Shown here in pieces: positions 54,174 through 63,240 of a DNA stretch of 64,000 nt. The notes under the pieces were generated by a model that saw only the letters and a program-made list of their open reading frames with translations, had not been told where the DNA came from and searched no databases. Every line of letters begins with the position of its first letter. Position 1 is the stretch's first letter. The stretch is from the NCBI GenBank assembly GCA_903889905.1, contig CAISZI010000051.1:2647-66646 (forward strand), given 5' to 3'. The stretch is from Candidatus Wirthbacteria bacterium (GTDB taxonomy: Bacteria; Patescibacteriota; CG2-30-54-11). Position numbers and translations under genes: made by a program.

Positions 54174-55526
54174 TTATGGTGTTTGCAGCTGATTTTGCAA
54201 CACGTTCAGCAAGCAGTTTTCTACCTGCACGCGAGTGTCTTCCCGAATCATATACAGCGGAATGCCCGAGCCTTCGGCGTCGCGAATGGACTTGGGCCGT
54301 TTTTTGTACATTTTTTTGTCCGTCAGAATGACGTCGGCGTCGTCGACATTGTCGCAGTAGTTGATCTCGATGCCGATGTTTTTGGCGCCCTGGGTGATGA
54401 AGCGTCGGCTTACTCCCAGGTAATACAGGTTCAATACGGGAAGTTCCGGGGAAACCGCTGACGTCGTGGCATACCCATGTTCGTTGATGGGCGGTAAGTC
54501 GTCCGTCGGGAGTGGGTCGCCAGCGAATTTTTCAATGACGATATTGCCCTCTTCGTCAAGTTTGCGCAGTTCCGAGGGAGGTTCCATGCCTCGGAGAATA
54601 CGGTCAACGGAGGTCGCGGTATCAGGATGTACGATCATCTCCCAGCGTTTCTGGATTTCGATGATGATGTCAAATGTGGGTGGTGAGCGGCGTTCCAATA
54701 CGGTTTTCTGGGTGCCGCGGCGTTTGGCTTCTTCGTCCCCGAGGGTGACGTTTTCGATGCCACCCACGAGGTCGTCCAGGGTGGGGTTGGCCATCAGGTT
54801 TTGCAAGGTGTTGCCGTGAGCAGTGGCGATCAGCTGCACGCCGCGTTCGGCAATGGTACGGGCGGCGTCGGCTTCAAGTTCGGTGCCCATTTCGTCGATG
54901 ATGACTGCTTGTGGCATATGGTTCTCGACGGCTTCGATCATGACGCTGTGCTGTTCGCGCGGGTGGCTGACCTGCGTGCGGCGTGCCTTGCCAATGGCGG
55001 GATGGGGAATGTTGCCATCTCCGGCGATCTCGTTGGAGGTGTCGACGATGACGACGCGTTTATGGATGTCGGTGGAGAGGATGCGGGCGGATTCCCGCAG
55101 TAGTGTCGTTTTGCCAATGCCGGGCCGGCCCATCATCAGGATGCTTTTGCCGGATTCGATCAGGTCGCGCAGGATTTCCGCTGTCCCTTGCACGGCACGA
55201 CCCACGCGGCAGGTGAGCCCAATGATGTCTCCGGCGCGGTTGCGGATGGCGCTGAAGCGGTGCAGGGTCTGTTCGATGCCAGCCCGGTTGTCGCCACCAA
55301 ATTGTCCCAGCCGTTCGATGACATAATGCAGGTCGGTTTGGTTGATCGGTTCTTCGGCCAGTTCCTGCTCATGATCATGAAATACCGCTATGGGAACGCG
55401 GCCGAGGTCCAGGATGACTTCGGCCAGGTTGTCCTGATCAGGGTGATTTTTGAGTGCGGCTTTAATTTGGAGAGGCAGTGTGGCTAGAAAAACCTCAATA
55501 TCGTCGTAAACCACTTTTGGCAGCAT
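54174..55526 (-). CDS. Ycf45/SpoIIIAA-like AAA ATPase with a C-terminal R3H domain
   Basis: Walker A GRPGIGKTTLLRE; Walker B VIIDEMGT; ATG at 55526 (MLPKVVYDD...) with a GAGGA RBS. Confidence 0.65.
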   Translation of the reverse strand: MLPKVVYDDIEVFLATLPLQIKAALKNHPDQDNLAEVILDLGRVPIAVFHDHEQELAEEPINQTDLHYVIERLGQFGGDNRAGIEQTLHRFSAIRNRAGDIIGLTCRVGRAVQGTAEILRDLIESGKSILMMGRPGIGKTTLLRESARILSTDIHKRVVIVDTSNEIAGDGNIPHPAIGKARRTQVSHPREQHSVMIEAVENHMPQAVIIDEMGTELEADAARTIAERGVQLIATAHGNTLQNLMANPTLDDLVGGIENVTLGDEEAKRRGTQKTVLERRSPPTFDIIIEIQKRWEMIVHPDTATSVDRILRGMEPPSELRKLDEEGNIVIEKFAGDPLPTDDLPPINEHGYATTSAVSPELPVLNLYYLGVSRRFITQGAKNIGIEINYCDNVDDADVILTDKKMYKKRPKSIRDAEGSGIPLYMIREDTRVQVENCLLNVLQNQLQTP

Positions 55527-55536
55527 AGCGAATTCC

Positions 55537-56046
55537 TCAGAGTTGATACAAATACAGGGGTGCACTCGGGTTGGAGCTCTCAACCTGCATTGGTGTCCAG
55601 CCTGCAATTGGCCAGGTGTTGGAAACAATGCGCGTTCCGGCTGGAAGTATTTTTAACTTAGGTGCGAGTTTGGCAATGCCTTTGGGAAGGAGAAAAAAAT
55701 AGACGACAGCGGCAGTGGGGAACGAAGCGTGATTAAAATCTGCCAGATACACCCGAATATTTTGGTGTCGGCCAGAGAACAATGCATTGGTTTTACTCCA
55801 CAAATAGGCAAGGGGTGATATTTCATAACCAATGGCTTTGGCGCCGTAGTGTTTAGCCGCTGTCACCAACAGGTTTCCCCGTCCACAACCGAGGTCGATG
55901 AACGTTTGTTTTGGCTTAAGGTTGATCAGGGCAAAAAGTCGTTTTTGGGTGCCTTTGGAGGTGAATACCAGCGGTGCCACGGTTTTGCCAGGAATGATCA
56001 GCAGCCCCAAAATTACGACAAAGGTGATCGCCAGTGGCAGCAACAT
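55537..56046 (-). CDS. class I SAM-dependent methyltransferase, N-terminal TM anchor (paralog A)
   Basis: Motif I IDLGCGRGNLLVTAA; N-terminal hydrophobic helix. Confidence 0.6.
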   Translation of the reverse strand: MLLPLAITFVVILGLLIIPGKTVAPLVFTSKGTQKRLFALINLKPKQTFIDLGCGRGNLLVTAAKHYGAKAIGYEISPLAYLWSKTNALFSGRHQNIRVYLADFNHASFPTAAVVYFFLLPKGIAKLAPKLKILPAGTRIVSNTWPIAGWTPMQVESSNPSAPLYLYQL

Positions 56047-56049
56047 GCG

Positions 56050-56574
56050 TTACATCTCGTAGAGGTAAATCGGAAAATCCTCTGGTGAGGGCTTGCTTAC
56101 TGCTTTGGGCACCCAGCCTTCGATCGGAAAAATGTAGGAAACAACGCGTGTGCCGGGTATGAGGTCTTTTTTTAGTTTGGGTGAAAGCTTTTTGAGGCCA
56201 TCGGGGGTAATAAAAATAAGGACCACATTGAGGTGGCTCAAATTGCTTTGGAAAAAATTTTGAAAGCGCATCTGGACACGTTTGTGGCTGCCATTCAGCC
56301 AGCTCAGGCAGAAGCAAAGCAGAAAATGCAGAGGCGAGATTTCATAGCCGATAATGTGACGACTGGCAGTGATTTTTGCGGCATGGAAAATGAGCGTGCC
56401 ATAACCCGCTCCCAAGTCAGCGACGATATCGTTTTTCTGGATCTTCGCCAGTTTGATCAGCCGGTCGACATCTTTGTGTTTGGTCGACACTGGCGGAGCG
56501 GCGCTGAGGGCAGAGTAGATCATGGGGAGGAAGATGATGAGGGAGAGGATGAGGAGGATGAGATAGAGAAGCAA
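56050..56574 (-). CDS. class I SAM-dependent methyltransferase, N-terminal TM anchor (paralog B)
   Basis: Motif I VADLGAGYGTLIFHAA; tandem to paralog A with the same architecture. Confidence 0.6.
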   Translation of the reverse strand: MLLYLILLILSLIIFLPMIYSALSAAPPVSTKHKDVDRLIKLAKIQKNDIVADLGAGYGTLIFHAAKITASRHIIGYEISPLHFLLCFCLSWLNGSHKRVQMRFQNFFQSNLSHLNVVLIFITPDGLKKLSPKLKKDLIPGTRVVSYIFPIEGWVPKAVSKPSPEDFPIYLYEM

Positions 56575-56733
56575 AATTTAAATCCTAATGACTAATAACC
56601 AAACAAAAACAACGTTTATTATGAAGGGAAGCGTTGGGGGAAGCAAGGGAGAGATAATGGGAAAACAGAGGGAATTCTTGTATAATTAAATACTGCATCA
56701 ATCCAAATCCAAATAAATTTAAAGGGACAAAGA

Positions 56734-57189
56734 GTGACCAACTCACAGAAACGTCCACCCCGAGCTTTTATTGCTGCCAGTTCACATCATAATTTGGACC
56801 AGGTGATTGATGCGATTCGGGATGCCCTCGTGGACCGCGGTTACGAAGTAGAAATCTTTCTGAGGAAAGCACTTCCCGAGGATGAAATCAGGGACAAACG
56901 GAAGATGATGCGACATGCCTTAAGAGATATCGATAGTTGCGACATCCTGGTCGCAGAAATGTCCGATAAGGCGGTCGGGGTTGGTATTGAAATGAAGCAC
57001 GCCCTTGATAACAACAAAGCCGTTGTGGGCATTAGAGCCAAAAGGGCTGACAAATCATCCACAATGGAAGGGATACTGGCAATACCAGTTGCCGAGTATG
57101 ATAGTTCTAATGATATTCCAAAATTGATTAACGGCTTGCTCGATGAACATGAGCGGTTACAGGAAGAAGGGTGGGGATTTGATATTTAA
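56734..57189 (+). CDS. nucleoside 2-deoxyribosyltransferase-like fold protein
   Basis: ...DIDSCDILVAEMSD...GVGIEMKHALDNNKAVVGI resembles NDT-family motifs. Confidence 0.45.
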   Translation: MTNSQKRPPRAFIAASSHHNLDQVIDAIRDALVDRGYEVEIFLRKALPEDEIRDKRKMMRHALRDIDSCDILVAEMSDKAVGVGIEMKHALDNNKAVVGIRAKRADKSSTMEGILAIPVAEYDSSNDIPKLINGLLDEHERLQEEGWGFDI

Positions 57190-57276
57190 CGACTCGATAG
57201 TAAATCGTTGAATGAGTTTATAACGATTTGACAACGTCCAGTTTCGCGAAGGCTCCCTTCCGTCCTGATGACAGGA

Positions 57277-57537
57277 CTACAGGGACAAGTTAGATTGAAC
57301 GAGTCGTTTATGCAATAAAGCTCTGCCTGACCCTGATTTTAAATACGTTTCAAAGTCTTTTGCTGCAGCTTGGGATGAGAATGCGAGGTAAGTTTCAAGC
57401 TTCCAGGGTCTATAAGTAGCGGTAAAAGTTGATTTGCCTTGATTGTGCGCATCCAAGCGGGCATTGATATCTGTTGAATATCCAACATATATCTTCTCGG
57501 GATGATGAATGCTTTTAATAATGTAGACGTAAAACAT
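57277..57537 (-). CDS. GIY-YIG nuclease superfamily protein (UPF0213/YhbQ-like)
   Basis: MFYVYIIKSIHHPEKIYVGYSTDINARLDAHNQGKS is canonical GIY-YIG. Confidence 0.75.
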   Translation of the reverse strand: MFYVYIIKSIHHPEKIYVGYSTDINARLDAHNQGKSTFTATYRPWKLETYLAFSSQAAAKDFETYLKSGSGRALLHKRLVQSNLSL

Positions 57538-57642
57538 TATAAAGAATCCATAATGTGATGGCGAAGCCAGCCGAAGCCGATACGGCTGGTAGAGAAAGCC
57601 CTCCTACGCTAAAGCTTCGGCGGACAGCCTACTGGCGTAGGC

Positions 57643-58004
57643 TGGTGGAGATGAGGGGGAGTTGAACCCCCTGTCCAAGCGCAGTCATCCAAATCGTTCT
57701 ACAAGTTTAGTCCAGTATTAGTTGTCAGGACCAGGGCAGCGACCAGACCGCGCAACCCAAGTCCGTAGCCTGATTGTCTTAACTTCGAATCACCAGACGA
57801 TGATTAGAAGAGCAAGTTTACTGTATTATACCTAACCAAGCCGGTAAACTTGCAGCCTGGCAGATAGCTATGCTACTTAAGCAGCGATAGCGAGAGGAGT
57901 TGTTTCGGCATTTAGCCTGTTGTCAGAGAGAGTTTTACGAGGGAGCTCCGACACCTCGACTTGCCCGATTTGGCTTTCCACACCTGTCAAATCCCAGCAT
58001 CCCC
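57643..58004 (-). ncRNA. ssrA: transfer-messenger RNA (tmRNA, ssrA), about 362 nt
   Basis: The minus strand reads 5'-GGGGAUGCUGGGAUUUGACAGG...; the tag ORF GCC GAA ACA ACU CCU CUC GCU AUC GCU GCU UAA encodes (A)ETTPLAIAA; the 3' end is ...GGACAGGGGUUCAACUCCCCCUCAUCUCCACCA (T-arm plus CCA). Confidence 0.85.
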
Positions 58005-58105
58005 ATGTGTTATGCCTGTTAAAGTGCAATTCATTATAACGCGGGAACGAAAATTAGAGAAGGGCGCAGTAGGGGCTTCGTTTTGGTTTTGCTATAATAG
58101 TCGTA

Positions 58106-60889
58106 GTGTTTCATCCATCGCTAACCAAAGGTTTGTCGTTGGTAAACCAAAAACAGAATTTATCACAGGCCACTGAGCCTGATTTGTTGCTGCGTGAGCT
58201 GGAGACAACAGCGGCGGGTTTGACGACTTTGGAGGCACAGGCGCGGCTCAAGCAATATGGCCGTAACAAGCTGCAAAAAATGCGGCAAACGCCCCGCTGG
58301 AAAAAATTTCTCGGCAATTTTACCCACACCATGGCGCTGCTGCTATGGGCGGGCGGGATAGTCGGGTTTATTTCCGGAACGCCACAGCTGGGCATTGCCA
58401 TTTGGCTGGTCAATGTGATCAACGGTGTGTTCAGTTTTTGGCAGGAATACCGGGCACAGCAATCGGTGGACGCGTTGAGAAAAATCTTGCCCGATCAGGC
58501 GTTGTGTCTGCGCGATGGCCAAGAAGTCAAATTGCTTGCGGAAGACCTGGTGCCGGGTGATGTCCTGGTTTTGCAGGAAGGTGAAAAAGTCACTGCCGAC
58601 GCACGTCTTTTGGAGTCATCGGGTTTGCGGATCGACGAATCGGTCCTGACCGGCGAGTCGCATCCTGTCCACAAGCATACGCAGGTCGCGATTGTGTCTG
58701 ACCATTTGTTTGATCGTATTAATAAGGTATTTGCTGGAACTACCGTGCTCGCGGGTGAGGGACGGGCGGTCGTGACTGCCACCGGCATGCATACGGAGTT
58801 TGGTCAAATTGCCGGAGCAACGCTCTCTGTAGCCGATGAATTGAGTCCACTGCAGATCGAAATGGAGCGCGTTACCCGCGTTGTCACCATGCTGGCCGTG
58901 GGTATTGGGGCTGTATTTTTTGTACTCGCCGCTGTGGTCGCACGTGTCAATCTGGAACTTAGTTTTATCTTTGCCATGGGCATGATCGTGGCGTTTGTTC
59001 CCGAAGGCATGCTGCCCACGGTCACGCTGGCGCTCGCCATGGGTGTGCAACGCATGGCCAAACGCAACGCACTGGTCAAACGGTTGTCGTCGGTTGAAAC
59101 TCTGGGTTGTACGACGGTCATCTGTACGGACAAAACCGGAACACTGACCTGTAACCAGATGACGGTCACCCACCTCTGGACCGCGGCCAATGAATTTAGT
59201 CTAAGTGGCGAAGGCTATACTCCCGATGGTCGTATCCTGTTCGCCGGAGAACCCCTCACGGAATTACCCCTGTATTTGAGTGGTTTGCTCAAAGCCAGTG
59301 TGTTGTGCACCAATACTACACTTGTGGCTTCTGTCAGCGGCGCCCAATATGAAATCTTGGGCGACCCAACTGAAGCCGCGCTGCTGGTCGCTGGCCAAAA
59401 GGCTGGTTTGAAACAAGTTGAGTTGCTGGCTGCTTTTCCACTTATTCATCAGCTGCCATTTGATGCTGCGCGTAAATGCATGACTACGGTGCATCAGCAG
59501 GAAGCAGGCTTTTGGGTGATAACCAAAGGCGCACTGCAGGAAGTTTTGCAAAAATGCAACAGCTGTGAACAGGGAAAAGTAACCAAGGTGTTGACCAAAG
59601 CCGATCGGATCCATATCGAAAAAATGGGTGAAAGTTATGCGCGACAGGGTTTACGCGTGCTGGCTGTTGCGCAGCGAGCGATGGCCAAAACGGGAGAGTT
59701 CAAAGTTGAAAATATCGAGCAGGAACTGACTTTTGTCGGGTTGGTGGCCATGATCGACCCACCCCGTCCGGAAGTGCTGCCAGCGATCCAAAAGTGTCAT
59801 CGCGCCGGGATCCGGGTCATCATGATGACCGGCGACGATGGCCTCACCGCGAGCAGCATTGCCCGCAAAATTGGCATTTGCCAAAGTGTTGAACCACGGG
59901 TGATCACTGGGACAGATTTGGTGAGACTGTCCGACGCGGAGCTCGCTGCGGCACTCAAGCAAGAAGTGATTTTTGCCCGCATGACTCCGGCTTTGAAATT
60001 AAAAGTTGTGACTGCGTTGCAAGCGCAGGGGCATGTGGTGGCCGTGACCGGAGATGGCGTGAATGACGCACCGGCGCTCAAGAAAGCGGACATTGGCATT
60101 GCCATGGGGCTTTCGGGCACGGACGTGGCCAAGGATACGGCGGATATGATTCTGTCGGACGACAATTTTGCTTCCATTGTTGCCGCGGTTGAGGAAGGCC
60201 GTGCCATTTATGACAATATCCGTAAATTCGCCACCTATGTGTTTACCTCCAATATGCCGGAAGCGGTTCCGTATGTGTTGATGCTTTTTTCCCGCGGCCT
60301 GATACCTCTGCCACTCACCTTGATGCAAATTCTTTCGATTGATCTGGGTACGGACATGCTCCCTGCCATCGCGCTTGGAGCCGAAAAGCCGCAGGCTGAG
60401 ATGATGCAGAGTCCGCCGCGCACCCTTTCCGAGCCGCTGCTCAACAAGGCCATGATTATCCGTTCTCTCCTCTGGCTGGGCATCATTGAGTCCGTCGCTG
60501 CCATGGCGGGTTACTTTGTGGTGAACTGGCAGTTTGGCTTTCCACGTTTGCCCTTGGCCGCCGAAGGACATGTTTATGCCATGGCCACCACCATGGTCCT
60601 GACCACGATTGTCGCCTGTCAGATTGGCAATGTGCTTTCGTGCCGGTCAGAGCGCCAGTCTATTTTTACCTTGGGCATTTGGACCAATCGGCTGGCGGTG
60701 ATCGGGATTGCGGTGGAGGTTGGTTTACTGATGATTCTGACCTTTGTGCCGTTCTTGCAGCATATTTTCAATCTGGCACCTTTACCGGTGGTGGACTATG
60801 CCATTGCGCTCGTCTGGGTGCCCGTGCTGATTGGATTGGAAGAAATCCGCAAATGGCGGCTGCGGGTCAGGTTGAGCAGGAGGTATTAA
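58106..60889 (+). CDS. P-type cation-transporting ATPase (P2/P3 type, Ca2+/Mg2+-like)
   Basis: DKTGTLT phosphorylation site, TGES, GDGVNDAPAL, 10 TM helices; the exact start is uncertain. Confidence 0.9.
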   Translation: MFHPSLTKGLSLVNQKQNLSQATEPDLLLRELETTAAGLTTLEAQARLKQYGRNKLQKMRQTPRWKKFLGNFTHTMALLLWAGGIVGFISGTPQLGIAIWLVNVINGVFSFWQEYRAQQSVDALRKILPDQALCLRDGQEVKLLAEDLVPGDVLVLQEGEKVTADARLLESSGLRIDESVLTGESHPVHKHTQVAIVSDHLFDRINKVFAGTTVLAGEGRAVVTATGMHTEFGQIAGATLSVADELSPLQIEMERVTRVVTMLAVGIGAVFFVLAAVVARVNLELSFIFAMGMIVAFVPEGMLPTVTLALAMGVQRMAKRNALVKRLSSVETLGCTTVICTDKTGTLTCNQMTVTHLWTAANEFSLSGEGYTPDGRILFAGEPLTELPLYLSGLLKASVLCTNTTLVASVSGAQYEILGDPTEAALLVAGQKAGLKQVELLAAFPLIHQLPFDAARKCMTTVHQQEAGFWVITKGALQEVLQKCNSCEQGKVTKVLTKADRIHIEKMGESYARQGLRVLAVAQRAMAKTGEFKVENIEQELTFVGLVAMIDPPRPEVLPAIQKCHRAGIRVIMMTGDDGLTASSIARKIGICQSVEPRVITGTDLVRLSDAELAAALKQEVIFARMTPALKLKVVTALQAQGHVVAVTGDGVNDAPALKKADIGIAMGLSGTDVAKDTADMILSDDNFASIVAAVEEGRAIYDNIRKFATYVFTSNMPEAVPYVLMLFSRGLIPLPLTLMQILSIDLGTDMLPAIALGAEKPQAEMMQSPPRTLSEPLLNKAMIIRSLLWLGIIESVAAMAGYFVVNWQFGFPRLPLAAEGHVYAMATTMVLTTIVACQIGNVLSCRSERQSIFTLGIWTNRLAVIGIAVEVGLLMILTFVPFLQHIFNLAPLPVVDYAIALVWVPVLIGLEEIRKWRLRVRLSRRY

Positions 60890-60956
60890 ACCATGGTTCG
60901 CCAAAAACGGGCTTTTCGGGTATAATTAAACGATTAGCCCATGATCAAAACCAAAA

Positions 60957-61952
60957 ATGAAAAAAAGTGCTCCAGTTCTGGTTGCCTTTGCGCTGACGTT
61001 GCTCGCGGCTCCGTTTGTGTTTTTTGGTGGCCTGCCAGCTCTTGGCAGTGTGGCCCACGCACCTCCTCCACCTGTGCCGCAGTCACATATCGAGTACTCG
61101 CTTACGACGCCAACCAATCAGGATGTGACGGTGACACTGGTCAGCGACCAAATCATTACCATTACCAACAACAATGGGCTGGCGGTATACACATTCAAAC
61201 AAAATGGCGATTTCGTTTTTGCATACAAAGATAGTGCGGGGCGCGCCTACACGCTCAAAGCCGTGGTCAATAATATCGACAAAGAAGCCCCTGCAGCGAC
61301 ATTGCTGCAGAAACCAGATGCCACCACAGGTCTGTTTAGCGCCACATTTGTGATTGGTGGCGATGGCGTCACGGCCTACCGTTACCGGCTGGATGGCGGC
61401 GAGTGGAGTGCCGAAGTGGCCATTGCTTCACCCATCAATTTGAATAACCTGCTGGTAGCCAAACACAGCGTGGAAGTCATTGGACGCGACGCAGTCGGCA
61501 ACTGGCAGGCGACGGACAAGGCGACCCGTTTTGACTGGGAAATTCTGGCGCCGGAAAAGTTCCGGGCGCGCACTGTCGAGATCAGCCGCAGTCAAAAAGA
61601 CATCGAAGTCAGCATTTCCCAGCAACATCTCTGGGCTTATGATGGCAACACGCTGGTGGCGGACTTTCCTGTTACGACGGGCGCATCAGCGCTTGGTCGC
61701 GCCACCGAGCAGGGAACGTTCGCCATTATTGATAAAAATTTAAACAAATGGTTTGAAGGCGGTTTCTTCAGCAAGTACTGGATGCGGTTCAACAAGGGCA
61801 TGGGCTTGCACGATGCCAGCTGGCGCAAGTCCTTTGGTGGCCAGGATTATGTACGTTCCGGTAGTCATGGCTGTGTCAATGTCCCACCCCCGCAGATGCC
61901 CTGGCTCTATGAGTGGGCGCCGGTGGGCACCACAGTGAAAGTATTTTGGTAA
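60957..61952 (+). CDS. L,D-transpeptidase (YkuD domain) with an N-terminal signal/TM and a beta-rich stalk
   Basis: C-terminal catalytic motif ...SHGCVNVPP... within a YkuD-like domain. Confidence 0.75.
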   Translation: MKKSAPVLVAFALTLLAAPFVFFGGLPALGSVAHAPPPPVPQSHIEYSLTTPTNQDVTVTLVSDQIITITNNNGLAVYTFKQNGDFVFAYKDSAGRAYTLKAVVNNIDKEAPAATLLQKPDATTGLFSATFVIGGDGVTAYRYRLDGGEWSAEVAIASPINLNNLLVAKHSVEVIGRDAVGNWQATDKATRFDWEILAPEKFRARTVEISRSQKDIEVSISQQHLWAYDGNTLVADFPVTTGASALGRATEQGTFAIIDKNLNKWFEGGFFSKYWMRFNKGMGLHDASWRKSFGGQDYVRSGSHGCVNVPPPQMPWLYEWAPVGTTVKVFW

Positions 61953-62248
61953 TTAATATGGATAAAAAAGTGCCCTCAAAATCTTCAATCATAAGCACAA
62001 TGCCCATGGACTGGGAGGCAATGTCATTTGGCCGTCCCATGCAAAAATTGGGATTGCACAATCGGAGCGCTAAAGCTCAAAACAAAGGCGCTCGTTTTTC
62101 CACCAATTTGTCCGAAGACGACCAGATGGAATTGTTCGCCAAGACGCTGGTGGGGAATTGGTCAAAACGGAAATAGTTTTATCGTCATGTTGAACCCGTT
62201 CCATTTTTCCATCCCCCACCGGGGGAGGGTTAGGGAGAGGGAAATCCT

Positions 62249-62593
62249 TTAAGTTTTATCAATTGTTGTTTTTAGGTTCTCAAGAATCCCGTCTAAATTG
62301 TTCATCACTTCATTATTCCAGTAACGCAAAACCACATATCCTTGCAGTTGGAGGAATGAGGTGCGTTTGAGGTCATATGAGACTTGATCTCCATGTGAGT
62401 CACCATCAAGTTCGATTATGAGCTTTTTGTTAACGCAGCAGAAATCAACAATATAGTTACCGATAGGGTATTGCCGACGAAAGTGATGCCCATAAAATCG
62501 ATTAGCTCTAAGGTGGTACCAAAGAATTTGCTCCGGGTCAGTTAGATGATGGCGTAGTTGTTTGGCTTTGGCTTGAGACGTGGTTATATCCAC
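62249..62593 (-). CDS. DUF559 (Vsr/restriction-endonuclease-like fold) protein
   Basis: ...LRHHLTDPEQILWYHLRANRFYGHHFRRQYPIGNYIVDFCC...ELDGDSH is the DUF559 pattern; the GTG start at 62593 is preferred because the longer ORF runs into a hairpin repeat. Confidence 0.65.
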   Translation of the reverse strand: MDITTSQAKAKQLRHHLTDPEQILWYHLRANRFYGHHFRRQYPIGNYIVDFCCVNKKLIIELDGDSHGDQVSYDLKRTSFLQLQGYVVLRYWNNEVMNNLDGILENLKTTIDKT

Positions 62594-62646
62594 TTTGTCC
62601 CTCTCTCTAACTCTCCCCCAAAGGGGGAGAGGATATGACAGACGTG

Positions 62647-63135
62647 TCACATCTTGATCCGATACTGCTTCTGCGTCTGCCGCATATCTCTTTCCATATC
62701 CTGCTTTTTGAGGTCTTCTTTTTTGTTATATAGTTTTTTGCCGCGGGCCAGGCCTAATTCAAGTTTGATGCGGTTGTGCAGGTCAAACAGTTTGAGGGGC
62801 ACCAGCGTCAGGCCTTTGGTCTTGAGCTGCATCCGGATTTTGAGCAGTTCGTCTTCGTGTAATAACAGCTTGCGGCGACGGGTGGGTTCTCCCACCGGGC
62901 GTTTGGGATTGGGCTGGTAAGCGCTGACGTGGGTGTTGAGTAGCCAGAGTTCTCCCTTGCGATCCAGTTTGGCATAGCTTTCCCGCAGGTTGGCTTTGCC
63001 GTTGCGGATGGATTTGGTTTCGCTACCGGTCAAGGCAATGCCTGCCACAAACGTCGCGATGATGTCGTAGTTGTGCCGTGCCTCGCGGTTGACGGCGTAG
63101 TGCTTGGAGTCGGGTTTGGTGGGCTGCTTGGGCAT
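62647..63135 (-). CDS. smpB: SsrA-binding protein SmpB
   Basis: ...AVNREARHNYDIIATFVAGIALTGSETKSIR...LLLHEDEL...; ATG at 63135 chosen by homology. Confidence 0.9.
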   Translation of the reverse strand: MPKQPTKPDSKHYAVNREARHNYDIIATFVAGIALTGSETKSIRNGKANLRESYAKLDRKGELWLLNTHVSAYQPNPKRPVGEPTRRRKLLLHEDELLKIRMQLKTKGLTLVPLKLFDLHNRIKLELGLARGKKLYNKKEDLKKQDMERDMRQTQKQYRIKM

Positions 63136-63240
63136 GGGTTTCCCTGTAATTAACAGCATTAACTATACCGGTCATGACGGGAGAAGGGAAGATGGGGTAT
63201 AATAATTAACCTCGTCCATTATTTTTTATATTGCGATAGT

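Noticed and set aside
57961-58176. 71-aa plus-strand ORF
   Set aside because: Lies on top of the tmRNA 5' region (opposite strand) and the P-type ATPase upstream region; spurious.
58106-60889. Alternative start for the P-type ATPase
   Set aside because: The N-terminal region (LRELETTAAGLTTLEAQARLKQYGRNKL) fits the family's cytoplasmic N-terminus; no better start could be justified by eye, so the ORF-track start was kept with stated uncertainty.
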